The position numbers and the translations under genes were made by a program. The notes below the pieces were generated by a model. The model did not search any database and was not told the DNA's origin. It saw nothing but the letters and a program-made list of their open reading frames with translations. DNA of 53,751 bases, filler included, from Sphacelaria rigidula (Eukaryota): NCBI GenBank assembly GCA_964200075.2. It is 5 parts of 5 records of this genome, joined end to end, with 100 filler letters (N's around TTAATTAATTAA, not from the genome) between each part and the next. Parts side by side here need not be neighbours in the genome. Positions count along the whole stretch, not along the records: positions 10,772 to 21,441 come from CAXNAA020006106.1; positions 21,542 to 32,211 come from CAXNAA020006107.1; 3 more parts are not named here. One strand, written 5' to 3'. This document shows, piece after piece, positions 11,763 through 22,832 of this stretch (positions are counted from its first letter, which is position 1; each line of letters starts with the position of its first letter).

Positions 11763-11964
11763 ACCCTCCCCACGGAAAAAAAAGCGCCAGGTCAAATCAA
11801 TGTGGACCTCATGGTGCCATATTGCACTTGACTAAGAAACGGTCGTGTTGTGTGTACGCTGTAGATACAGTCTGAGGACAAACGCGGCTGTCGTAATGTA
11901 CAACTGTGTGGCAGGTTCTGGTTCCTGTGGTGGAGCCGCGTCTTGCGGAGATCGCTTCCAAAAA

Positions 11965-13325
11965 TGCTGTTCGGGTAACAACCAAGGATACGCTATACCC
12001 AAGTATTGCTCCCAAAAATTGTGTAGGGTATTGAGGTCACAACCAAGTTATACTCTATACCCAAGTATTGCTGAGAGTGCATACCCAAAATTTGAGTAGA
12101 TTATTTGAGGCCGTACCCAATTTACCCAAAAAATGAGTAGGGGAAATATCCGGGTATTTTACCCGCGTGTTTGGACGTATATACTCTACTCGATCTGCCC
12201 TTGGAAAATTCTAAGCCAGCAACAAAGCCGGAGACCAAGGAAGTGATCATTTTCAGAACTGTGATTAGTAAGCGCCGACTTTGTGCCAACAGAGGACTTG
12301 GCGGGTTGTGCCACGTCGGGAAGATTAAAAAACGCCCGATTCCCCGTGCGCCCGAGTTTTACTCTCGGCTACATGAGCGATTTCTCAGGGCCCGCCTTGC
12401 GAGACACAAATCATCGACGCTGTATCTGGACGGTATGGGTTTGTTCGGTAGGGTATGACTTTTCTCGGGGAAACTTTCAGAACCCGTCGGGTAGGGTATG
12501 GAGGTTACAGTATACCCGCAACCGAGTATCCCGTGCCCGGTAAAATACCCCGGGTATCCCGAAAAAAGTATCCCACAGAACAACCATAATCATACTTCGA
12601 TACATCACGAACAACGTTTTCGTGAGATGGAGAGTAGAGCGCTGATTGAGAGTGACGTTGATCATTCGCCTTGACTTCGCCAGTGTTTCATTCAGTGTGT
12701 GCTTCTCTCTGCCTCTATCACGGGTGTGTCCTTACAGCCACACGTCGATATCCTACTCAGGGATATCAAGGGCCCCAGTGGAAAACTACTATACAGAAAG
12801 CATATCGGGGTGTCGTGGAGGGGCATTTCGGAATTGAAACGATTCATTCACTGAATGAACGCTTTTCACTGTCATCTGTATCTCTACTCTCAATCTCACG
12901 AAAACATTGTCAATGGTGTTTGCGCGAATTTCGGTTTAGCTTTGGTCTTGTGTTTTCACCCTCCAAGGATTCCCCTGAGGGTGACCAATAAAGAGGGGGA
13001 AAATCCCAAGGGTTATGTTTTGTATGGTACGGGTATTTCCGGTAGGGTGTGAGATTTCGTACAGAACTCACAGGACTGTCGGGTACCGGTATGGAAATAT
13101 CACAAAACTTATGGAACCTGTCGGGTACAGTATGGAGATCACACAAAAACCCTTGCCCATAGCCGGGCATGTCTACAAGGGTATACCCGTGCTCGGGGTA
13201 GGGGTTCACGTTTCGTACAGATCTCACAGGACTGTCGGGTACCGGTGTGAGAGGCTTACACAACTCACAGAGTACGGATAATTGCCCCGGGTATAAAAAC
13301 CACCGTACGCTACAGATCACAACTC
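11965..13325. mobile_element. Cluster of GGGTA/TACCC-rich MITEs; best-defined unit 13010-13325
   Basis: Imperfect ~23 bp TIR gggttatgttttgtatggtacgg / ccgtacgctacagatcacaactc, with internal repeats tttcgtacaga..tcacaggactgtcgggtaccggt. Confidence 0.55.
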
Positions 13326-13738
13326 TGGAATCATGTGTTTTCTCGAAATTTGTTCGGCTCTTCATGCCCTGGGAGGCCGCTCTCGTGATCCAAAGGGTTC
13401 ACTTGTCTTTGTCTAGCTACGACTCCGGAAGCAGTCTGGGCGGCTGCCGCCAAGATTGGGGCGCCCGCGCACGTGACATCTGCCATCCTTCACCTGGTGA
13501 ACAAAATGATGACCACTGCAAGGCTGCTGTACTGTCCGTTGCCAACAGCTATAAGTATATCATATTTGTACCGCCCTACCCGTGCCTCGATGTACCCTGC
13601 AGTTGTGCGAGTCATCGTACTTACTGTACAGCTGTGTGTGCACGCGCACCCTGTGTCGTTGGACATCGGTACTGCCTGTACTGTACTGCTGGTCCGTCGC
13701 ACATTGCGTGTGCTGTCTTTACTGTGTGCAGCCGTGCT

Positions 13739-14470
13739 GACGGCTTTTCAGAGGACGAGGGAACGGGACGGCCTGTCATGTGGGAGGGGACGGGACGGAA
13801 GGGGCACTTTGAAAATGTTTTCGACACGGGATGGCCCGTCCCGCTCTCACGGAAAAGTACAAAACCCGTTCGCTGAAATACCATCACATCCTCACGGCAT
13901 GGTGCGTATCAACGCCCGAAACCAACCGCTTTGAGACTGAAGTTTAAGTGGATTTCGGTATTGATTTTTCGGCATATGAAGAACCAGCTGCAGCTTTGAC
14001 TTATAATGGGCGCAAACAACGATTCAAGCGTGGGGAAACAAGAGCAACCACTGCTGATACAGTAGAATCCTACCAAATACCGAAGAGGCCAACACCCCAT
14101 CATCCACTGGGACAACACTGGCTAGTGGCTGGGCTTCTTGAACTCACCGAACGTCTATCCCGATATTCGGTGTGTATTTCCCATGATCATGACGGTTTAT
14201 GCCAGCAGTGTACTCTCCCTCAGCGGTGCAGACTGAAGAGCTGAAAAGAGGGCGACTTTTCAGTGAAAGTGTGTCGCTTGAAAAATAACAGGGCAGGACT
14301 AGAAGTGCGGTCCTGAGAAACGGCGGGGCGGGATGGGTATCCTTCCCAATGATTGAAATTATGACGGGACAGGACGGAAAGTGTGCCCCTAAAAATTCGC
14401 CGGGGTGGGACGGGCCATCGTTTCCCATCCCGGCGATTGCCCCGTGAGATTCCTCTCCCGTGAAGAGCTC
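13739..14470. mobile_element. Decayed hAT-like MITE with GGGAC subterminal repeats
   Basis: Clusters of gggacggg/cccgtccc at both ends; right end cccgtgaagagctctg. The left TIR is poorly conserved. Confidence 0.4.
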
Positions 14471-14777
14471 TGCCGTACTTCATGTAAGTACTGTCCATAC
14501 AGCTGGTTGCACCGTGTTTGGTGGGAGCCTTTTTTCATGGACCCATTCTCCGACGATATTTTCTCGACGGGATGGGCGGGAAAGGGTACCTTTCTGGAAG
14601 AAACTCCCGATCCCGAAGAGCTTTTCTTCCAGAAAAAGGGTCCTTGAGGCCGTGTCTTTGCGAGAAGGAAATATCCAGAATCCACAGAAATCCCGTGCTG
14701 TATGTGGGTTGCAACTCTAGAAAGCGACCAAACGGCTTTCATTTCCCCGGTTCCTCGGCAAAGGCCGTGTGTTGGCG

Positions 14778-15246
14778 AAAAATCAAATCGAGACCGAAAT
14801 CGAATTCAATTTCCATTTCCATTCCGACCTCCAGATCTGGGTCCAGCACCGGAAGCGAGTATGCAAGCAGGTGCTTCGGATGTGTATGATATTTGGGCCC
14901 ATATGAACGATCAACAACACAGCAACTAACTGCTATTGCACACCTCATTTCTTGCAAGATCGAAGCTAGAACAAGCACGCAATGCGTGTTTGACTAAGAA
15001 GTTTTGTGAGGGCTTCTGAGTTCCGTCTGCATTGGAGTGCAACTTTCTTGGTCAGCGCTTGAACCCATTGGATCGACTGAGGTTTGTCAGTTACTGCTGC
15101 TAATGGTTGCTGTGGGCCGAAATCTCATGCATTTCCGAGGCACTGTCGCTACGAGTGCTGGGTCCCAGATCTGAACATCGAGGTTGATATATATTCCGAT
15201 GTCGATGCCGATGCCGATGCCGATGCCGATGCCGATGCCGATTTTT
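14778..15246. mobile_element. Foldback element with ~160 bp imperfect inverted arms; (GATGCC)n microsatellite in the right arm
   Basis: cagatctgggtccagcac..gtgcttcggatgtgtatgatatttgggccca is the inverse of tgggccgaaatctcatgcatttccgaggcac..gtgctgggtcccagatctg. Confidence 0.65.
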
Positions 15247-15706
15247 ATAGACTCGCCTTTAAAGACGATTTCAGGGGAAATACCTGGACAAAAAACGAAC
15301 TTCTGCCGGAGAAATTTTCCCGGATTTTGAGAAGCAGCCTGATTGCTCGGTGCAGTGCCACCCCTCAAGAAGATCGGCATACTTTATTGCGTAAACGGAC
15401 TCTGAAACTCGTTTGAGAGTTTTTTGGAACAGCTTGCGCAAGCTAGTAATCAGTGTCCTCAGAGGGGAGCATAATGGTAGCTGCTGAAGCGACACATGCA
15501 AGAGTGCGAGACTTCTAAGCTCACGTCTCGATGGCGAGGTATCTGTTGATTTTACATGGCAGTAGGACCCACGTCATGAGAAATGAAGATATAATATCCG
15601 GTGCTGGCTTGGGCTTGTGATGTGCGTACGACAGGTCCCCGTAAGTCCTGGGGCAAGGGTCCCACTCAGGCGAGACTTTGCCCACCCATACTTGGCTATG
15701 ACTTTC

Positions 15707-17012
15707 ATTGATTTGATTGATTGTCGCACTCGAACTGATCCCCCATGCATAGAATGGTGGTCACATGATGGATATACCCAAGATGAAAAACAACCGACAC
15801 ACTCGCTGAAGAAAAAGAAGGGTACGAAGAGGTGGAACAACACAACAGAGTAGACTAAGAAAAAAAGGAAAAAGAGAAAAAAGAGAAAAAAGGGGGACGG
15901 GAGGAAAAAAAAAGGATTAACAAACAAAACGGTTGGGCTCTGCCACATCGCATCGGGGCAAAAGGTCTTGCGCGGAATAACACCCATACCCAACCGTGAA
16001 CAACAAAATGCGGTGGGAAAATATTGCGGCCCATCTAATACGACCTCGCTATTTGTGGTATGAAACCTCTCATCCGCAGACCCTACGGAAGCGAGGCACC
16101 AAACTGCCATGGCGTGCACCGACAGGAAATGACATATACATAACAGAGAAAGAACGGGAAAGGGAGAGCAGAGAACGGCACTACAGAAGTAGTGGTGAAG
16201 CCCAGATAAGTCAGGGCAACAGAGCAGGTACAAACACACATCAGGGGCCACCGCAGAACCACCGACCAAGGACACAATCAAAACCGATAGGGGCAGACAA
16301 AATTCTCCGATTGGTGGCTCTCGACACAGCAGCCTCTCGCTTGTGACGGTGGTCCGATTCTCGTTTGTCTTCGCGTAGCCACGTGCCCTCAGACTCTTCC
16401 GGTTCATTTTCGACTCCAATCTGCCGTTTGCGCCCGTTTTTCGCCGCACTGACCTAATCGTACGCCTCGTTGGTGTCTACACCATAGACGAAGCATTTCC
16501 GTAGTGCTCCTTTGTGCCGAACAGCCCCTAGTGCACGTAGGTTCTCCTGGAGGTTTTCCTCCCATCGTTCGGGCGGGCGGCCAGCCTCCATAGGCCCTCG
16601 AGGGGTGAACCTTCGGTTCATTATGCGTTTAGGAAGGTGTGTTTCCATCTGCCGCACAAGGGCTCTCGCGAACCAGAGTTGACGTTTGCCGATAGTCGTC
16701 TCCATACGTTCACAGTTGGTCATCTCGAGCACCGCTCTGTACGAAACAGTCTTGTAGCCATTTCGATATTTCCTGCGGAATCCAACCGCTAGCAGAAAAA
16801 GCACGTAATGGGCAGTGCGCAGGCTATCGAAGTCCTAAGGATGCAACGTCCATGTGGCACATCCGTACAGCAGAGTTTTCACCACCTCTGCGTTAAGCAG
16901 TCGGACTTAAGGGCAGGTGGTCGTTGGGTCGATCGTAGGGTTGGAACTATGTTTTCGTAGACGCGCCCACGCTGCACTGATGCGGCGGTTGATTTCTATG
17001 GACATTTTCGCA
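15707..17012 (-). mobile_element. 5'-truncated RTE-like LINE (RT C-terminus, probable 3' UTR and (CAAT)n tail)
   Basis: LLNAEVVKTLLYGCATWTL..SLRTAHY..SYRAVLEMTNCERMETTIGKRQLWFARALVRQ..LPKRIM..GRPPERW is a typical RTE ORF end. Tail caatcaatcaaatcaat at 15707-15723. Confidence 0.8.
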
Positions 17013-17014
17013 TA

Positions 17015-17335
17015 TTACAAAAACATGATCATTTTTGAGTCTTCACTTGTATGATAAGGATCGCTTCGGTCCACCGAAAATACCGAAAAGCTAGAACCTG
17101 GGGTTGCACTTTCGCAGGACCCCCGAAGATCGGTCAAGCTCGTGAGTGACTCAATACTGATCGCAGATATTTTTTCTTTCAATGTTTGTAAAAAGGATGA
17201 ACATATCTTCAGATGCTCATTTTTTGGCATCCAACGGTCACTGTGATGAGCGATGGCAAGCGAAACAATTTCGGAAAATCTTTAAGAAACTAAGAAATTG
17301 CGAATTCTGCATACTTCTGACGCTGACTACTGTAT
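17015..17335. mobile_element. Partial copy of the TA-flanked MITE family seen at 43434-43985 (inverted); another relative at ~40745-41000
   Basis: accgaaaatac.gaa..gcaggacccccga..ctcaata.tga matches the reverse complement of 43540-43690. Confidence 0.6.
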
Positions 17336-18863
17336 CGCGCACATACCGACTCTGCACGCTATAGAGACTGCACAGTCAAAACCGGTCGGGGGTTCTCCGG
17401 AACTATTCTCTTTATGGATGCCCAGCACCCACATGATAATGAAAAAAGACATTTCGGTATAGCCAGAAAAGAGCTGTTCTGAAGCCCAAATTTGGTATAG
17501 TCCATCGCAGTCCACCTGCGGGGGGGTCGCTGTCTAGGGGTTAACCCGAGTTAACCTGAGTTGAGTTGTCCAATGAAAGGACACCTTGAAATTTGAAAGT
17601 TGCAGCATGTTTTGTACAGTCAGTACAGCCAAAGGATTGCGCTCGTACTGTAGTGACTGTTCTGGTGTAAAGAGTAGGGAGTGTATGCTAACACGATGTT
17701 GCAATCTGTAAAAAGAAGCGGCGTATAATCGTTCCTGCTGTATCTTGAGAGTCGAGTAAGACATTTTCCCACCGTTTATCAGGAACTTTGCATGTGCATA
17801 TCTCCACCGCGTCTGCTTTCGCACGGCTAGAACTTTGCGCACGACTTCACCTCTACACAGGCACCACTTACACCTACTAATAGTGGCAGCGCGGTTGGGT
17901 AGCCTGTCGTGATCATCACAGTCATGACTGATTTTTGGGAAATTTCGTCGACACGACCTAAACGCGGCTTTGAGTGATGCCGCGATAGCCCACCCCCCGA
18001 ACCAGCCCCAAAACTATCGCGGAGAAAATAGTCATACAGCGCATGATGGCTGGTTTCAGACTGCATGAAGCGCCCCATACGGACGATATTGGCAACAGCG
18101 ATCCAAAGCGTCGAAGTTTCGAGCTGCTCTGTGTGCTCGGCTTTTGTCAGTTTGACTTGCATGCAAGCGTTCGACTCCTGAAGTCAGTCACTTTTGTTAG
18201 GGGGCTATTGCAACGTCAGTCTATTCCGCAGCCCAAACTAGGCACACGGTGAGTGAACGAGTACCTCTTCATGGGCACCTGTAACTCTGACAAATGAAAT
18301 CCGGGCATCCTCCGGAAAATGATCGTAGATACAGGTGGCGTGCCCATATCGTCGCTAGAGTTGCTCATGTTCAGAGATACCACCGCCCACGCGCTGTCGG
18401 AGCCGCACGACACTGAAACTTCGTCCCCGTCATTTGTAGCATCACTAACTCGCCTTTTCGCTAGTTCAGGCCTTGCGTGTTGCAAGAGCATACAACGGCA
18501 GAGGTCAGATTTCGAAAACAGGAACTTGTTTTCATTTTGGCAAACTCAGAAGAAAAAATCGCAATCGATTAATTCGTTGCTGGGTGTGAGTTGATATCCC
18601 CGAGAGATCCAGTCGTGTGCACAAGATATGGTATTTTAATGTGACCAAAACAGGAACACTCCCTGGACGAATTGAACCCACAATTCGGACCCAGGCAACG
18701 GTTTTCGTCATTTCGCGGGACAATGGCGAGGAACTTGCGCGTTCTCACCCAGGCGGGTTCTCGTTGAAGGGGATTTTCTCATTGTCAAAACCCTCTTATG
18801 AAAGGGGATTGCCCCACAACGACCGGTTTTGGGCCCTGTCGAGAAGTAAGTTTCGAAAAATAT

Positions 18864-19035
18864 CACACCTTGGATAATATATGGTCAATAGTTGCATTAG
18901 ACACAAGAAACGTACTGCATGAAGTATGGGCCTGTTGCGGCTATTGTCGGCCGGCAATAGTTGCAATAGGCCCATACTTTATGCAGTACACTTCTCGTCT
19001 ACTGAACCTGCTGACCATATATTGTCAAGGTTGTG
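18864..19035. mobile_element. ~170 bp almost fully palindromic MITE (copies also at 22385-22548 and 26556-26827)
   Basis: cacaccttggataatatatggtca..gtactgcatgaagtatgggcct..tattgtcgg|ccggcaata..aggcccatactttatgcagtac..tgaccatatattgtcaaggttgtg. Confidence 0.85.
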
Positions 19036-19059
19036 AAAATATGCATTCCCCCATATGGG

Positions 19060-19097
19060 CGTACTCATTTGTTGCTTGCCTTAGTCGTTTGACCATT
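19060..19097 (-). mobile_element. Micro-insertion of a LINE 3' end with target-site duplication
   Basis: cgtactcatttgttgcttgccttagtcgtttgac flanked by the direct repeat cattcccccatatggg (19044-19059 and 19094-19109). Confidence 0.85.
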
Positions 19098-20191
19098 CCC
19101 CCATATGGGAAGTAAGGATCCACCGGCACCTTTTATCATGACCGATGTTACGCCAGTTTCTTCATTCAAGAGCCAATATCTGTGGAATTTTAGATCGTCA
19201 CCTGTGTTTGCAAAAGTACAGCCCTTCACTTATACGGTAGCTGGTGTTGTTGTCACTTGTAAATACTACCATACACTTCGCTGTACAACCTTCGTGCTGT
19301 ACTGTATTGTACTATAGCACCGACCACCATTCCAACCATTAACCTGCACCTTCACCACATCCGTATTGGAGGAAGAGCGCTCGACCTGCGTGTCAAATCA
19401 GAATCGAAAACGTATCGTTACTAACCTTGTCTTCGTGTGCCGTGCGCGTCTTACACAGACCTTTGTTTCTCATTGAATTTTGAACAGTTTTGGGAACAGT
19501 CACGCGTAATGTGCTCAGCTGACAGCAGCTACAATGCGAGCTGTTTTTGGTTTTAGAGGGCACCAAGTTCCTCAGGTTCAGCTTTGTGCATGGGTGTGTG
19601 GCAAGTGGCAAGCCTCGGCATGTGCTCCTGTCAGCGGGACATGTATGTTTCCCTTCGAGGTGACCCCAAATCCCCTTTCGAAAGGGAATCTCAGGACGAG
19701 CTTATCTTCACTAGGGTTGTATATCAACTATTAAATCACGGTTGATTTTGATTTTAAAGTTGATCTGATTTAATTCAACAATCACATCAACACGCCGCTG
19801 ATGAGTTGATTTTTTCCAGGAAGAAAAGAAGCATTTGCGTCGTGTAACGTTTTTCTTGCCTGCGGGGCAACCATTAGTCGACGGATATGTCTGTTCATCG
19901 ACTCTCTACTCCCGAAAAGACGCTAGCAACGACGAGCACATAGCAGCACACAGCACATACACAGCATACCGCACGCCACGTAGCACCACACTTTAGCAGC
20001 ATACTGAGGATCACACGGAACTTGACACAAAAAGGGGTGCGGGCAAGGGCAAAACACTTGCTGTAGGCAATAAGGACACCCCGGAGAGCCCTCTCCAGCG
20101 CCAGGGCAACACCGGAGGTGAAGGTCATACAGCCGACGCTGCCAATATCGAGGACGGAAGTTCCCCTGTCCTACCGAGGAAGAAGCCGAGA

Positions 20192-20730
20192 TTGGATGTG
20201 TCGAAGAAGGACCAAATACTCACAGAATGGTGCCTTTACCAAGATGAGATCGTGTCCGAGGAAGACGTGGCCAAGGAGGGCGATGCTCTTGGGTGGTGGG
20301 CAAAGGTACAGCGGGTGTATCCCCACGTCGCCATCCTAGCCCGCAAGTACCTTGCAGTACGGGCCTCCACACACGACCATTTGGCTACACCCCCAAATGC
20401 CTCCGGAGCGATGCGCTGCCCTCCAGGGGAAAAACAAGCCTCCGGAGGCCTTCAATTCCTCTGGAGGAAATTAAACTCTACCGACCCGGAGAGCCGCGCA
20501 CCCCTCCGGAGGCGTTTAATTCCTCTGGAGAAAACCAAAAAATCTTGGAGGGCCGCGCACCCTTCCGGGGGCTCGAAAAGTTTGGCATTTTGGAGGTAGC
20601 CAAATGGCCGCGTGTACCATCTGCTGCGTGCGAACGCGTATCCTCTGTAGGCGGTCTTGTGGTAACGACGACCCGAAACCGCCTCAGTGGAGATCGGGTA
20701 GCAGGTATCGTGTTTCTAACGAAAGCATGA
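20192..20730 (+). pseudogene. hAT transposase C-terminal dimerisation domain relic, split by a MITE
   Basis: DALGWWAKVQRVYPHVAILARKYLAVRAS [insert] SAACERVSSVGGLVVTTTRNRLSGDRVAGIVFL matches the hATC motif. Confidence 0.9.
20370..20616. mobile_element. MITE with ~30 bp TIRs inserted into the hAT relic
   Basis: acacgaccatttggctacacccccaaatgcc / ggcattttggaggtagccaaatggccgcgtgt. Confidence 0.8.
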
Positions 20731-21595
20731 AACATGACCTCCGGTAGATATGACTTACTGCTGGGTTTGTCTGGAAAATGGACTACTGCTATTCACATAT
20801 TCACCTGTGGTATACATAGAGTTGGTTATTTCTTCCCGTTATTTGCAAATGACGAGTGAAAATAACAAGATGGCTACTTACGGTTGGTTATTTCACAAGA
20901 TTGCCGGGAAAAAAATACGAGACGAGATCGACTTGTATTTTCCTCTCGTTACTTCGCTTGCGGCGCGGCGAGATTAGCAACGCCCGCCAGCCCTGAATAG
21001 GTTTTTGCCCTTCGACATCTGCGGTGCTCTCCTGATAGCAACGTCGAACATCCCCCGCGCCGTTTACACNNNNNNNNNGTTTACACACTAGACCAAACTT
21101 TGCTTCGCCATCCCGGCGCACGCAAGATGTCGTAAGGGGCTGATGGTCTATTGGCATCGATCGTTCTCTCGAAAACCTGCAGCACATACAGTACCCAGCC
21201 CAGAGATTACAGCATACTGTTGTCTGTGCTGTCTCATGCAGAGAGTTGTAGGTGTCAGCTTGCACACCAAAGTAGTACGCACGGCTGTAGAAAAGATGAG
21301 GCGTACAGCGTGAGATATGTGGACAACGTGCAATACAGACAAAAGCATGCTGTACTGTACTACTGTGCTGCCGATTGAACAGTAGGATCCACATGCCATG
21401 CTGCACCCGACGGCTGCCGAAAATTATTTGGGCGACGTGCANNNNNNNNNNNNNNNNNNNNNNNNNNNNNNNNNNNNNNNNNNNNTTAATTAATTAANNN
21501 NNNNNNNNNNNNNNNNNNNNNNNNNNNNNNNNNNNNNNNNNGTCCACTAACGATCCTCGTCTTTGTTGTTCGTCTGCCCCTCCTGGGGGTGTTGT

Positions 21596-21626
<31 letters not shown>

Positions 21627-21699
21627 GGCTATCTCGGCAGCAGTTCAACGTACCTGATTATCGCTGTTGAAACGGTGGGGACATGAGCAAGCAAAAGTT

Positions 21700-21978
21700 T
21701 TGTATTTCGCTGAGTTTGGTGCACGAGAGTCGATGCAGTGCGGGGCTGCTGGTCATGATCCAATCCGCGATGCCAAAAATGCAAGCAAGGCGGGTACCGG
21801 AGGGGAAAAAAGGGTCTACTCTGTTGTTCTGCTGTACCGTTTCTGTTTCTTCTATTTTCTTCAGCGAGTATTTCAGATTTATTTTGTCTCGGGTACGCCT
21901 ATGATGTGACCACGGCTGGATCATGACTCCTGGGGGATCAGATAAAGTGCGACAATCGATCAAAATCAAAATCAATCA
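21700..21978 (+). mobile_element. SINE family B body joined to an RTE-type 3' tail
   Basis: Body gagagtcga.gc.gtgcggg..atccaatccgcgatgccaa, then ttcttcagcgagt..atgtgaccac..gggggatcag..gtgcgacaatc..aatcaatca as at 15707-15860. Confidence 0.65.
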
Positions 21979-22552
21979 TGGGCATCTATCGATAAATCTA
22001 CTTATTCGACAGAGCAAGCTCTCGCGTTTCGCAAAAATCAACTTTGAGAAAACAACAAAACATGCTCATCCCAGTGGTCCAAGTGCTGTATCCTAGAGCT
22101 GCCCAGGATCAAAGGATTAGGCTGACAATGCCAACAGCTCCTCGTATTTTTTTCCTCCCCTGATCATGTGGTTTTGCGTCCTTCAAGACCTGAAAGGACG
22201 TGCGTAACGATGAAAAATTGACGACAGCCGACGCCGTGGAGCGCGCCGCACTGCTGCTCCAATCCGCGATGCCAACATGCCCGGCAAGGACCGTGGGATA
22301 AACGGGTTGATTTCTCGAGGCGATGGACTCGTCCAGAGGGGAAGGGTTGAGAGTATGATTATATATGAATATTTGTAAATCTTTCACGCCCTAGACAATA
22401 GATGGTCAATAGTTGCAATAGACAATAAACGTAATGCGTAAAGTATAGACATCTTGCCACTATTGTCGGTCGACAATAGTTGCAATAGGCCCATACTTTG
22501 CGCAGTACCGTTATTGTCTACTAAAACTACTGACCAAATACTGTCTGGCCAC

Positions 22553-22832
22553 CGCACCCCGGAGGTGTAATGGTCCGACTGTCGCCATTAGGGTGGAGAG
22601 AACGGGGGTTCGATTCCCGATGCGTTCGGTATTTTCTTCGTAATGTATAATTTCAACCGTGGAAAGCGTGAGTACGTGAGGAAACAAGGTAGTCGGCTGG
22701 GTTTGTGTTGTGTGAGTTGACGCGGTGCGGGAGTGCTAATCCAATTCGCGAGACCAAAATGAAAGACACGTACCGGGGGAGAGATGTGTTGATCCCTTGA
22801 GACCACGGGCTCATCCCGAGGAAGGGGAGGGG
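22553..22832 (+). mobile_element. tRNA-derived SINE, family B (other copies ~22222-22345, 28270-28830, 29110-29250, 30881-31212)
   Basis: Head cgcaccccgg.ggtgtaatggt..ggttcgattccc; body ends ggggagagatg.gttgatcccttgagaccacgg.ctc.tcccgaggaagggg. Confidence 0.75.

Noticed and set aside
15574..16449. 291 aa hydrophobic membrane protein
   Set aside because: Translation of the pyrimidine-rich LINE 3' region; low complexity.
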